Assembly (NCBI GenBank): GCA_965153355.1
Contig: OZ231126.1
Span: 33,356,001 to 33,420,000 of the forward strand
Source of the DNA: Flaccisagitta enflata
Lineage: Eukaryota
Length of the DNA stretch: 64,000 nt
Reading direction: 5' to 3'
Positions 1 to 14,289 of the stretch are shown piece by piece (positions within the stretch are counted from its first letter, which is position 1; every line of letters begins with the position of its first letter). The translations under genes and the position numbers were made by a program. The notes beneath the pieces are model-generated. The model ran no database searches, was not told the DNA's origin, and saw nothing but the letters and a program-made list of their open reading frames with translations.

Positions 1-503
1 TGATGCAGAAGGTATGGTGAAACGCTTGATTTTCCTTCAAAAATTTACCGTCCTATGTAACACGTTATCATTTAAAGAATTTAGAGGAACCACGTTGACG
101 CAACGGAATTACGGATGACAAAATGCGACGAATGCAGAGATAGAGAGAAAGACCGAAAGAGAACGATGTAGAGAGCCATCATTACAAGGCCATGAAAGCC
201 GGGTTTGTTCGATGGGTGGATCATCAACCGATCGACCAACCGACCGACCGACCAACCGACCAACCAATCATCGGTCATGGCCTCTATGGGCGCACACAAA
301 ACTAAAAAAAGAAAAAGGAAAAAGAAAAAGGAAAGAAAAAAAAAAGAAACAAAACAAAAAACTTTTTGTCATTTAGTTAATCGCGACTGAAAAGGTTGTA
401 AGTAGAACTCATGAATACCATCACTGAAATTGTTTTGTAAGGATATTTTCATGAAAAACATGTTAACGAAAACTCTGATTGTGCGTGACGATAAAGAGAA
501 AAG

Positions 504-1572
<1,069 letters not shown>

Positions 1573-2032
1573 CAGAATTCAGTGACAAACAGACCAAGGG
1601 AAAGCCAAATGATACACAAACAGACCAAGAGACAAGGGTTGGCTAACAGATTGACAAATGACGGGAAAGAAACATAGATATAGATACCGATGAAGAAAAC
1701 AAACAACAACGGTTTGATGAGAATTTCATAATTTGATAAAAAGAAAAAAAAATGGAAAAGAAAAAAAAGGAAAAGGAAGAAAAACAGAAAAAAAAGAGAG
1801 GGGAAAAAAAAGGAAAACCAGGCATTTATCCTCAGAAACAGAATGAAAAAATGATTTGTTCTTTGAAATCCTATTTACATGATGGTTTCTCCCAAAAGAA
1901 AAAAAGAAATGAGATGAAAATAACTAGACTACGAAATTTGACCTGGCTCCGTTGGCGGGACTCTTGTCCGTGGGAGTGGTTTTGTTGTTGCCCACCCAAA
2001 TACGGTTTCTTTCACAAAAGCCGTTTCCAAGG

Positions 2033-2153
<121 letters not shown>

Positions 2154-2852
2154 CATCATGGGGCATTTCCATGGTGTGCCAAGGCGATTGGGCAAAGGCG
2201 TGGTCGACTTCTATCCATTGCCCATTTTTCATATTTCTCTGCTTTGGGGGAATCCTATTCTGCCTCACTGCCTCCTCTTCCTCCTCCTCCTCGTCCTTTT
2301 CCAATGTGACGCTTCATATTTTACTAGGCTGCGAATTTCTTCGGCCGCCTTTCAACCTGCACTAGCCACCATTTGGTCCTATGAGCTGGTCGGTAAGATT
2401 GGCTTGAGATGGTTCGTTGGTCAGACAGACCACTTTGGTAACGGAACATAGCCGTCATATGCAGGATTATCTTACTCCACGTCGGCGGTTTGCCCGGAGC
2501 GCCGATCACGGCGCCATTCAGTTCCGCATCTCTTTTACTGTGAAGCGGCCCTAACAAACCTCACTGACAGGATTAGTTGGTTGATTCGATCGAACCAGAC
2601 GATTAGAACGACCGATTTGTTTGGTAAATGGTACGTCTAACAAGATGGGATAGATTGGCTGTTCGGTGGTGCGCGAGTGGATAGCGACGGTGTCATTGCT
2701 TACCAAGCGAAGTTCGACATCGAAGTTAATTGGTGGTTATTTTCATCTGACCTTATCGAGACTACACAACCATGCACCCGCCGTCAAACATGGGCTATTA
2801 TGGGACTGCACCTTTTCATACCACGCCAGCTTGAGCCGCGCCGCCGAAGGTT

Positions 2853-3055
2853 AACAAGGCCGGATACACGGCTTCCCGAGTCGCGTGCGGGCGGGCGGAG
2901 CCAGAGGCAGTGATCAAAAAGGCTGACCCAAGCAGCAATGCAAAAACCTACCACAAACGCTGTTAAGCTAACGGCGACTGATAGATGGACGGACAGACGG
3001 ATCTACTGACCGACCGACATAGAGGGTTATGGAGCCGTGTGCACGCGGCTAAAAA
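2853..3055 (-). mobile_element. HINE/DINE-1-like element
   Basis: AACAAGGCCGGATACACGGC...(GACC/GACG)n...terminal palindrome AGCCGTGTGCACGCGGCT-AAAAA. Confidence 0.7.
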
Positions 3056-3332
3056 TGTAATGGTAACGCTGATGTAGGCCAACTGAGATGGAAGTCGGAC
3101 GTCAGGATAAAAATATACACGAAAAGTCGCCGTATGAAGCCTTGGTGAGATACATCAACGACCGATCTGACCTACTTGTTTTCCTAATTTGTACCAACTA
3201 CCCTTTAAACCAGAGCTTGGTCATCATGTGCACGATCAATTTTGACGTCGCACTGTCTGTACACTATCTCATTTACTGTCTGTACCAGTAGGCTTCTCGC
3301 TCTATCATTTGTGCGTGTTTGTACGTGTTTGT

Positions 3333-3500
<168 letters not shown>

Positions 3501-3884
3501 AGACTCAGCATTTGATGTCTATCTAAATGGACTGCTTTTCATTCACTGGAGATCGCCAATACGTTCTCTTTATAACGATCAATCAATCTATCTTGGCAAA
3601 GTTCCTTCTGTTTTTTTAGATGATTTTCTCGTCCGTTCATTCGTGATTCGACCTCATAACTGAATAATCACGCACGAGACATAACTTTCATTAACCATTC
3701 TAGAATTGATATTTGTTATGAAATGCAGCTGTGTATGTGTTCTTTTTCTGAATAACTAACTATCATCTCTTAGTTCCACTTGTCTGTCCAAGGCTCCCAA
3801 CATTCATCCATTCGGTTTTTTGCTCCATCTTTTCTTCCCTCCTTCCTTCCATCTGCAATCCACTCTAACATCCCTCCATCTTCG

Positions 3885-4030
3885 CTCCTCCCTTCCTTCC
3901 TTCCTTCCTTCCTTCCTTCCTTCCTTCCTTCCTTCCTTCTTTCCTTCCTGCCTTCCTTCCTTCCTTCCTTCCCTCTTACCCTTCCTTCTTTTTCCTTCCT
4001 TCCTTTCTTTTTTCTTTCCTTCTTCCTCCC
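3885..4030. repeat. (CCTT)n microsatellite
   Basis: Direct inspection. Confidence 0.95.
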
Positions 4031-4098
4031 GTCTGCCCCTTTTCCTCCATCTTTCTCTCCTTTTATCACTACTTTTTTTTCTATTCTTACATCATGAC

Positions 4099-4133
<35 letters not shown>

Positions 4134-4579
4134 GCTCTTGCCCTACTTTGTCAGGGAAGTAGAGACTCCTGACGTAAATCGCTTTCTTTGTTCAAATGCG
4201 TTCGAGATCTTTGAACGGAGAGCGCTTGACCAAAATACTCCATGACCGAAATCAGGCCGAATCATTTCCAATTTTCTGGCGAGAAAAGCAAGAAGAAAAG
4301 AGGAGAGAAAAGAATCCGTAAAAAGAATTGGCGATGAAGAAAAATCCCCCATGTTGTCAAGGTAAAACAGTTTTTATACAAAATAGGGTGAGAAAAAAAA
4401 AACCTGAACGTATTCCATAGAAAGCCTTTCCCAACACCCCTGTCCTTCCCCATCCCAAATGACCATTCTACTTTATCATGGTCGGCCAAGTAAAAGAACG
4501 TAGGAACAAAGAAAAGGAGGGAAAATAATTATCAGGGTATTGCGGAGTAGGCAATGTCGACTTATAATTTTTTCCTCCT

Positions 4580-4886
4580 TTGTCTGTCGGTCGGTCGGTT
4601 GGTTGGTTGGTCGGTTGGTCGGTTGGTCGGTTGGTCGGTCGTTCTAAGTCATTCTAAGTTATTCAAAGTCATTCTAAGTTGTTTAAAATCATTTAAAGTC
4701 ATTTTATGTCATGGTTTTCATTATAGTCCTTGACATCATTTCAAGTCATTCTAAGTCATTCTAAGTCATTTTAAGTCATTCTAAGTCATTCTTAGTCATT
4801 CTAAGGCAACAAAAAAGATACTATTAGGAGTCTGGTCAATTCATTTACTTTAGTCTTCCACGCGACTTATAGGTGTTGGCCTTGTT
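4580..4886 (+). mobile_element. 5'-truncated HINE-like element with (TTCTAAGTCA)n array
   Basis: (GGTC/GGTT)n, 10-bp repeats, 3' CACGCGACTTATAGGTGTTGGCCTTGTT; inverse relative at 41784-42136. Confidence 0.7.
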
Positions 4887-4958
4887 CTTCTACTCCTAGC
4901 CCCTAAATAGCATCATGAATATACAGTTGTTTCATTTTTGCAAAATTCGCTGTCTTTA

Positions 4959-5618
4959 GGGGGGGTGGGGCTATTTGGGACAGGGGCAATTCGGGACAAT
5001 ATTGAATAAATGGCTACATATAAATTTAACTATATGGAAGTGAACAATGGTTATAGGGTCAACCTATGACCCTTGGTATGGGGCAGTTGCGCTGCAGAAC
5101 TCAGGCTGCTGCTGCTGCCGCAGCAGCAGCAGCACCACTTTGATCCTAGGACTCTCAAGTTTGATTTTTTTAATGGTGCCGCAAACTTTGCTGTAACTAC
5201 TAGAAAATAATTTGTTTTGCTAGTTTTCGACTTTAGTTGTTGAAAGTACTCATTTATCTGTACTTTGATGAAAAAAAATATTTAAATTGCGTTATTACTT
5301 TTTTTTAAGTAAGCTTTTTTAAAAATCGGGAAATTTGGGACATAGTTCATTCTTATTGTTCACTTGGTTTGGCCCCCTGGGCCCATTTTTAAAAAAAACC
5401 TTTAAGTCCCGAATTTCCCGCCGTGGGGTAATTCGGGACAAGCCCTTTGTATAAAAAAAAAGGGGCCCCAAAGGGGCCCCTAGGAAGATTTTTGTTACTT
5501 GGCTTTTTGGAGGGAACAATTAACTATGTTTTGGCACCAGTCCCGATTTTACAATTTAATCCTAAATTTTTTTATATTTAAGAATGTTGGTTTTTTGTCC
5601 CGAATAGCCCCACCCCCC
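4959..5618. mobile_element. MITE, TA target (Tc1/mariner-pogo type)
   Basis: TIR GGGGGGTGGGGCTATT(T/C)GGGACA at both ends, flanked by TA. Confidence 0.8.
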
Positions 5619-5620
5619 TA

Positions 5621-6625
5621 CGGTGCGCCGCATTAAAAACAGGACAGTTTGCATCAATAGCATATTATTGCGCAAAAATGGATTATTGAAACCAAATACG
5701 GATGAATATGTCGCTCATGTGTTTGTAGTTAATGGATACGCCTTCGGCCTGGATGGCAAGCTCCACAGAGCGTGGCAACGTGGCAAATGAGTTGGCGAGG
5801 TAGTCGACGGTGAGGCGGCACCAAACTGTAAACGTAACTATGGCATAGGACACTTTGTAATGCTGGTTTCTGCTTAATTATTGCCCTGAGACACAAAAAA
5901 TTCATGACCATTTGAAAGCCCTGCAAAAAATCTTCCAAATGCGACGTTGCTGGTCATTGTAGCTTTATTCGTTTAGAAATGGCATAGGTTTGAAGAAAAA
6001 AATTACTGTTTGAAAAGAGTGCTCATTTCAAAATTTTCCAACAAGCAATTTAAGTCTTTCTGTTTTTGTCAATGATGAAGCTTAGGATTGTCTTTGATAC
6101 TCGATATCCATGGGCAAATTAAAGAGCTTCGAATTTTCTTTAAAATGGCGCCAAGAACAAATATCTCACTTAATGCGTTTGATTTTTATGTTAAAATAAA
6201 GATGACCCCTTAAAATCACATAGCAAATTTCCAAATTTTTGACAGCCTGTCTTCATCCTAACGCCATTTCTAAACGGTTAACGTTAGGGCATCCAGAAAA
6301 GTCTCATTTGAAAGATCTTTCGCAGAGCTTCAAAATAGTCATGGATTTTGCTATGTTTTTCTCATTGAATGGATGTAAAACACTGACATACAAGTGGTTC
6401 GCTTTTTGTTTTTTGCCATGGTTGGTTTTTTCCCATTCCTTTTTTTATAGCTTCTCTTTAGAGCGTCAGTGCGTCCAAACGAATTGACCGATTTAAACGC
6501 GGTTTGCGGCAAACACTTTGTCTTTCAAAGAGCTTCAAATTGGTCACTGATAAAGCTATGATTATATTATTTTGAGCCGAGATATATAGGTAAATGTACT
6601 GTCCTGTTTTTAATGCGCCGCACTG
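5621..6625. mobile_element. MITE, TA target (Tc1/mariner type)
   Basis: TIR C(G/A)GTGCG(C/G)CGCATTAAAAACAGGACAGT, TA at both ends. Confidence 0.85.
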
Positions 6626-6873
6626 TATTATACTAGCAGTCTTTATCAAGCCATCTCATGTTGATTAACAGTGTAGCATTGAATGAGATATGTCACCAGT
6701 CAAAACCCTAACGCGATGGCGCGGCATTTAGGGCTGAGCTATGGAGTGAGAAACACCATTGATCCCTCATTGGATATGCATTGAATATCAGTTTCTTCAT
6801 GGGCTTCATGGCAGTTCGCTTTGTTATCTTCGGTTCTTTGTTCCGTCTATTTGTCTGCCATGAATGACCTTGT

Positions 6874-6946
<73 letters not shown>

Positions 6947-7010
6947 CTACAACAACAACAACAACAACAAAGACAACAACAAAGACAACAACAATGACAA
7001 CGACAACAGG

Positions 7011-7077
<67 letters not shown>

Positions 7078-7078
7078 T

Positions 7079-7127
<49 letters not shown>

Positions 7128-7128
7128 C
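6874..7128. repeat. (AAC)n microsatellite
   Basis: Direct inspection. Confidence 0.98.
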
Positions 7129-7624
7129 GATCGATTCGTGCCACTGCCGTGGGATTTCGAGTAAACTTCACGAATTTGCGTATCATCCTTGCTTAGTGCT
7201 TACATGACCATGGGATCCGTGCAGGTGATTTCCTTGATAAAGTCTTTGTGGGCAGGCTGAGGTGTGAGCGTCTGAATGTTTAACATTATCTTCCTTCAGA
7301 GACCCTGAAGTGCCTCCTATGTTTTCCAGCATTGGTCTGAGCGTATTTTGCGAAATGTGAACTAATTGTTTTCTTCTTTGTAATGCCTAATGGCATGATT
7401 GTACTACCTAGAGCAAAAGTCTTCGTTCACCTACAAGCATGAATAACCTTACATTGATTCAAGATAAATAGGTAAAATCGGTGAGATCTGGAAACAACTT
7501 TTAAAATCTTTCATTTGAGTCCAATCCCATTCCAGTTGCTCAAAGCTTTTAGAAATGAGAGCAATTTGAAGATAGTTTGTCAATTTGGAAAATTAGGAAA
7601 TTAATTTAGGATTTTCCTGTGTTA

Positions 7625-7857
7625 CTATCTTGGTAAAAAGAAACGCGACAGTGACTTAAAGTAGCATCCACTTTAGAAAGGTGCTGATCTTGAACGAATA
7701 AAGATGAATACTTCAACTTGGTCTCATTTTGAAGATTTGACATAGACCTTTGAAATGGGACCTATCTGAGGTCTACAGCTTTATTCGTTTAGGAGCAGTA
7801 CCATTTCAAAGTTGATACTACTTTTAACAACTGTCGCGTTTCTTTCCGCCAAGATAG
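7625..7857. mobile_element. MITE, TA target
   Basis: TIR CTATCTTGG...AAAGAAACGCGACAGT, flanked by TA. Confidence 0.8.
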
Positions 7858-8393
7858 TATCTATCTTGCTATACACTTGCTTGTCTAGACATGAAAGTAA
7901 TTGACTGAACAAACGCTCATGGCTGATAAAAGTTCAAGGGCTACTAAGGCAGTTCACCAAGTATTATTTCCCAAATTAATTTTTGGATAAAGAAGATACT
8001 ATCTAGCTCATAAGTATAGACACAAGATAAGCATTAATGATTTATCCAATAAACAAAATATCATATGGTTCCAAAATATGTTTAATACTTGATGTGTTCC
8101 CCTTGGGCGTTAAAAACCGCCGTTATATGCCTATGCCTTCATAGAGAGATTTGAAGTAAGTCAGCAAGATCTTCCTCAGATTATCAGAGCCGTTTTTTTC
8201 AGCCCTACAGCCAATATTGTGAGTTTTATACTTTGAAGCTTTTTCATTTGAAACCAAAGTGAATCAATAGGGTTTAGATTGAGGCTGTTTCTAGGCTAAT
8301 TACCCTTAGGGTTGACGCCCTGTTTCACGTGCCATTGCCTTGTCATACCAGCAGAATATGCAAAAGCAATATTTTATTAACTACAATTTTTTT

Positions 8394-8470
8394 GGACGGA
8401 CAGACGGATGGACCTACCGACCTACCGACCGACACGGCAAGTTGTAGAGTCGCGTGCACGCGACTAAAAA
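8394..8470 (-). mobile_element. HINE-like fragment
   Basis: (GACG/GACC)n...GTAGAGTCGCGTGCACGCGACTAAAAA. Confidence 0.65.
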
Positions 8471-8893
8471 TGAGGAAGAATAACAAATAATAAAAAATAA
8501 ATCAGTAACATAAATATTGATATAATTTGTTAGCTGTCATAAGTTATTGCAATGAGTTTAAACAATCATTTTGTTTTTATTTATGAAAGAATCTTTTATT
8601 TTATACCCTTCAACTAATCTTTGAAATTATTTTTTCTTGAATTTATACATTTATTTATGACATTACTGGATCATCTATTTACTTTTGTTTTTCAAATAAT
8701 ATGAAATCAGGTTTTAAGGTGTATTAGTCTTGCTCCTTTCTAACTAACTAACCAACTGTTCCTGAAAGAGATCAATTTTTCATTGTTCACTAAGAATTAA
8801 TTCTATGCCAAAAGAATCATGTGACTTGCACATTGGTTCATTGGTGTACTCATAAGAAAGAGAAGGGGTTAGAGAGAGAATGAGTAAGTGAAT

Positions 8894-9250
<357 letters not shown>

Positions 9251-9258
9251 AAATAAAA

Positions 9259-9405
9259 AACAAGGCCGTATACACGGCAGCATTAGTCGCGGACGGGTGG
9301 GCAGGAGCGGAAAACCTCAAAAAACTTAGTTGTGACGGACCGACGGACCGACGGACCGACGGACCGAAAAGTGGCTTATAGAGTCGCGTGTCCGCGACTA
9401 AAAAA
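9259..9405 (-). mobile_element. HINE/DINE-1-like element
   Basis: AACAAGGCCGTATACACGGC...(GACGGACC)n...AGAGTCGCGTGTCCGCGACTAAAAAA. Confidence 0.75.
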
Positions 9406-9654
9406 GAGAGAAGAGACAGACAGCCAGACAGAAAAAATCAGACAAAGGGATAAAAGGATAGAAAAATAGATAAACACAAAAAAAGAGATAACAAAAAAAT
9501 ATACAAAAGCGATGAGAAAAAAAATCTGAGATCTAAGACAAAAAAAATATAATAACACTAAGAAGAAATAAAAAATAAAAAATGAATGAATCATATCAAA
9601 ATAAGTACTATTGAAACTGACATAATTATTGTCAGAATGGTGTCTGAATCTGAA

Positions 9655-9860
9655 ATGGAAGCGGAAGCGGAAGCGAAAGCAGAATTGGAGGTGCTTGATT
9701 ATGTCCTTTCGCTTCCGCTTCCGCTTCCATTAGGCATCAAAAAAACTTTTCGCTTCCGCTTCCGCTTCCGCTTCCACTTGATTTTGGAATTGCGCTTCCG
9801 CTTCCGCTTCTGCTTCCATGCTCAAACTACCGCTTCCACCCGCTTCCGCTTCCGCTTCTG
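9655..9860. repeat. (GGAAGC)n / (GCTTCC)n inverted hexamer arrays, probable MITE remnant
   Basis: GGAAGCGGAAGC on the left and repeated GCTTCC on the right. Confidence 0.6.
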
Positions 9861-9894
9861 CATCTCTACTAGGTAGTATTTAGCCAAAACACTG

Positions 9895-10661
9895 CAGAGT
9901 GTGATTGAGCAAGAGGCCCCCAAGAAAACTGTAGCACCCCCTTCCCCTTGAGTTCAGCACATTGAGGCTAGGGTTATGATTGAGGTATTAACTGAAAGCT
10001 TGTTAGATTACAAATGGCGCCATAAGAGGTTTTTTTTTAAGTTTTTTCCCCTAGCTTAAGTTATTGCTCTTTAAGCAATTTTAGATTTTACCCCTTTAGA
10101 AGGCTTTGATTTCAGTTTGTTAACTAAATTCAAAAACGCTCTGATGGTGCCGTTAGTATTGATACAAGCTATCACCTGATACCTCAATTATACTTGTAGC
10201 TTCAGAAAGACGCCAAGACGCCAAAACGCCAAGACGCCCGAGGAAGAAGGAATGGCCACGCTTTCGAATGTGATGTCATCGGCACCAAACGGTTTTTGGA
10301 ATGTTACGGACTTTACCTCTGTTTTGCCGGTATTTGTACTGGTAGCTCGTCGTTTTTTAAAACAAATTTTGCTTTTCACCTGTTTTTACAATGTCATTTT
10401 ACTGGAAATCGTACTTTTATGGGGATTGACCAGGACAAGCTGTCCAAAACTGGAACACTGTTCTTTTTGCTTTTATATTATTGTTGGAAGCCCCGGCTTA
10501 AGTGTGATCCCCCCTCCCCTACGTAATCATCGCGCTGCTGTGTTATCCATTTTTGCCCCATGGAGGGAATAAACCTTGTTTTCATTTTTCATTTCAATAC
10601 TAGATAGGGTCTTGGGGAGTGCTACAGTTTTTATGGGGGCCTCTCGTTCAATTGCACTCTG
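9895..10661. mobile_element. TIR element (~47-bp imperfect TIRs, CAG termini)
   Basis: CAGAGTG..ATTGA.C.AGAGGCCCCCA..AAAACTGTAGCAC.CCC at both ends in inverted orientation. No TSD recognised. Confidence 0.7.
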
Positions 10662-11029
10662 ATCTGACCGTTCTCATACCTTTATATTCAAAACGGCATT
10701 TCCCTTTCCCACGATTTCAATTGTCAGTTGCGTTTTCTCCTTTACATTTGTAAAAGTCAAAGTTTTTGTAAGATTCGTCGTCATCATTGTCGCCATTTTA
10801 TTTGTCGTCTTTATTGTTGTCATCGACTTTTCTGACTCTTTACCATCGCTGCGTGGCACATACTCTTAAATTGACTAAAATGCATTTATGTATGCATTAT
10901 ATTTTCAATCATTCACTTATGATTGCTCACTTATTCTTCAGTCATTGAAATCCGTTGAGATTCATGTAAATTTTCATGAAATGAATGCGACCGAAAAAAG
11001 ACGCAGAGTTCTCTCTTACACTCTCCTTA

Positions 11030-11483
11030 AGGTGTGTCTGCATTAATCAGCTTAATCGGATATTTCATTTGGATATTAATATCCGGATATTTTATGTAGT
11101 AAAGGTGTGTCTGCATTAATCAGCTTATTCGGATATTTTATTTGAATATTAATATCCGGATATTTCATGTAGTAAATTTTGTAAATTCACAATGTAGAAT
11201 ATCCGGATATTGATATCCAGATAAATTATCCAAATAATATGGTGAATGCAGACGCACCCTAAATCTTGTAAATTTAGGGTGCGTCTGCATTCACCATATC
11301 ATTTGAATATTCTATCTGGATATCAATATCCGGATATTCTACATAGTGAATTTACAAAATTTACTAAATGAAACATCCGGATATTAATATTCAAATAACA
11401 TATCCGAGTAAGCTGATTAATGCAGACACACCTTGATATCCAGATGAAATATCCAAATAAGATGGTGAATGCAGACGTACCTT
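11030..11483. mobile_element. Cluster of PIF/Harbinger-like MITE copies forming a large palindrome
   Basis: Unit ends GGTG(T/C)GTCTGCATT...AATGCAGAC(G/A)CACC near TAA/TTA. 11102-11264 and 11272-11434 are inverted copies of each other. Confidence 0.7.
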
Positions 11484-12084
11484 TAGACTCACAAAAAAAC
11501 GTGGTCTTAATCCAGATGAAGAATTATGATTAGTATCTGCTATAATCTGATTTCGTAGTCACAGACATTTGAGAGATATTGAGAAAAATTTAAGAAGCTC
11601 TCCCACTTCATTATTCTGCCCTCGCCTCAAAGCCAAAGGCTGAACTTGATCACCTGAAATTATTTTCAGTGGTATATAATGATATGGTGATTCCTATTCC
11701 TATTATCAACAACCTCCAATTTCTAGAATCTGAATAAACTGGTGATTTATAGCGTCTTAAAATGTGTAGACACCCCTTTTCTACGCCCAAAATATTCACA
11801 TTGCTACAGGGATAATTTGCGCAATTAGTATGGCAGTCAGTGCGATTTTGGTTTGAAATTGGTTCTGTGCAGAATCCTTGTGACAAGAATAAATACTTTA
11901 GAGATTTAGAAGTTTCTACACATTGTAAGACGCCCTAAAGTAGGAAGCGAACTTGTGCTCTGTCGGAGCGCTCAAATCCTGTAGTTAGTTTTTGCGTTTT
12001 TTCTTTGCGTGGAGCATAAGCACATATCAATAGATTGTTGTTTTCTTTTAACAATATAAGTGAAAATATGTTCAAAGACACCTA

Positions 12085-12637
12085 CAGGGTGATTTTTTTC
12101 AAGTGGGGGAAAGTATTAAGGCATCAAAATCCAATCATGATATTTAAAGATGAACTAAAGTTAGTTTATAGTTGCACACTACTTGAGATTTACTTTTCAA
12201 GAAAGAAAAAATTTTTTTGATAAATTTTGTTAGTATTTTTATCAAAACTAGATTATCAGGAAAATCAATGTTTTTTATACTTTTGTTTATGTGAACAAAG
12301 CTGAAATTACAAAATCTGAGTGAAAAACTGTTTTGAATAAAAACTGTTTTGAATATAAACAGAAGTTAAAACATCCAAATCAATGATAAAGATAAACAGA
12401 TATTCAAATTTTTGACAAAAAAAAAATTTTTGTGCATTACTTATAAAATCATTATTGTGAAAAATGATCTGAACCTAATGAATTGAAAATAGTCAACTGT
12501 GCTAGATTGATGTCAAAACTGGTCAAAAATATTTTCTTTTAGTTTATAACTATAAACTATCTTGAAATTATCTTAAAATTGTATATTAAAGATTTGATGT
12601 CTTAATACTTTCCCCCACTTGAAAAAAAATCACCCTG
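12085..12637. mobile_element. Tc1/mariner MITE
   Basis: TA-CAGGGTGATTTTTTTCAAGTGGGGGAAAGTATTAAG.CATCAAA TIR at both ends. Confidence 0.88.
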
Positions 12638-13015
12638 TATAAACATGTTTTTCGAGGGCAGGGGGGGGGCTTAGAGCAGGAAAAAATCTGGAAAAAATCC
12701 ATACATTTGAACCATGGGAATGTTGGAATATGAATAGAACTTTGACACCATGGAACTGCTATTTATAATCGAGGTCCCCTCAAGTTTCAGAAATATTTTG
12801 TAGAACAGACTATATGCTGTCTAAAACTGTTTTTGTTAAAGATTTTCTCCGATCCTAACTTACTCTATTCATCCTAGATATTAAGCATAAAATTAAGACA
12901 AACGAAGCATCTGCTTTTAAGTGCGGAGAAGGGGACAGTGTAGCAAACAATATTTTCTAAACAGTAATCGTCAAGACACATTAGTCTTGTTTGTATAGAA
13001 ATAGATCCTGGCTTG

Positions 13016-13825
13016 TGAAATGCCCGGGATATCCCCAGGGCAAGAAGTAAATCTAGCCACCTAAGAGACTGAAAGGAACGGACAGACAGACTGAACAGAC
13101 AAACCCCACGAACGAACCTCGCCTGCCATAACTAACAATAAGATGCAAACCTTAGTGATAGCGCGGGAAAATCCCCCTAGCTAAAGGGCCCAGATAAAAG
13201 AACTGCCTCAAAAGGAGGTACCTAATAAACAAAGGCTTGGGTTAGAAACGGATCAACAATATATAAATATAAACTTAACAAACGAACATTCAACAGAAAT
13301 ATCAACAGCGGCTGCTAAGGGGGAAGAAAAGGGCAAGATTAAGGTTAGCAATAATAAATAGCAATCCAGGTTATTCCTCGGAACAAGAACGGTAAATCGT
13401 GTCTTGGTGAGAATCGTCTTCGTCTTGGCGGTCGCCGTATTTAACGGAAAAGTCTGGGCAGAGAGAGAGAGAGAACCGAGGTTCCTCGATCGCTCATTGG
13501 CTGAGAGCCTTCCACATCGTCGCCTCACTCGTATTTGTCGTGTGCCGACCTCGTAGCGTGTCTGCGAGGTACGCCGACTGGGACTTGGGCGTTGGACTTC
13601 AAGACCCAGATATCGCAGACCAGGACCAGGATATCGATGATTAGGACCTGGCTGCAGCTCTTCGTTGGGAGAGAGAGATAGCGCGCGATGGAGGTGGAAA
13701 GAATAGACGATGATAAGAAAGATAGAAGAAAGTGGGAAAGAGATAGCAAAAGACAGGATGGGATAGAAAGAAAAGGGAAAGAACAGATGAGGAAAAGGGA
13801 ACCGACTAAAAGGCGCGGCACTACA
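13016..13825 (-). repeat. 3' LTR (810 bp)
   Basis: Plus strand starts TGAAATGCCCGGG and ends GCGGCACTACA, matching the other LTR; flanked by TSD GCTTG. Confidence 0.97.
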
Positions 13826-14289
13826 GTTGCTCCCGGGCGCACCCGAGATGATGTCCCTATCATCTCAACTGAACTCTTAAACCTAAACCTAACCTTAACC
13901 TAGTCTAGAATCGGGCACGATCCGAACAACGGTAGTACCCAGCTGGATATCCTGAGCTCATGTCCCTCGAAACCTAAAATAGGCAGTCGGACGGACAAAA
14001 AGAGACTGCAGAAAAGGTGAAAAGAGCAGGGGCACGTAGCAACAATGTGCATGCTCAAACAATCAAACCGAGAATCAATCATATGCATCAAACAAGCATT
14101 CGAAAACGTGAAAAGAGCCGCGGACAGCCTCTTATAGACCCGCCCAACGAACCCCTCAAAAAAGAAAAACAAAACAAAACAAATAACGAACTCGTTCTAT
14201 TTACAAAAAAAAACAAAACAGACTTCATCCAATAAAAACAAGGACAAAGTCAAACGACGGGACGGTATAAGGACGCCCATGTGGGCGTC

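Noticed and set aside
2324-2850. GC-richer unique stretch with short ORFs (also 6708-6870, 42180-42480, 55040-55180)
   Set aside because: No recognisable domains or consistent splice structure; may be UTR, lncRNA or regulatory sequence.
4143-4312. Possible host exon on the minus strand (strong polypyrimidine/AG acceptor near 4277)
   Set aside because: Short, no recognisable protein similarity and no linked exons I can support; RNA-seq would decide.
13220-13375. Canonical TATA/poly(A) assignment within the LTR
   Set aside because: AATAAA and TATAAA matches are on the antisense (+) strand; I found no sense-strand AATAAA, so U3/R/U5 cannot be placed.
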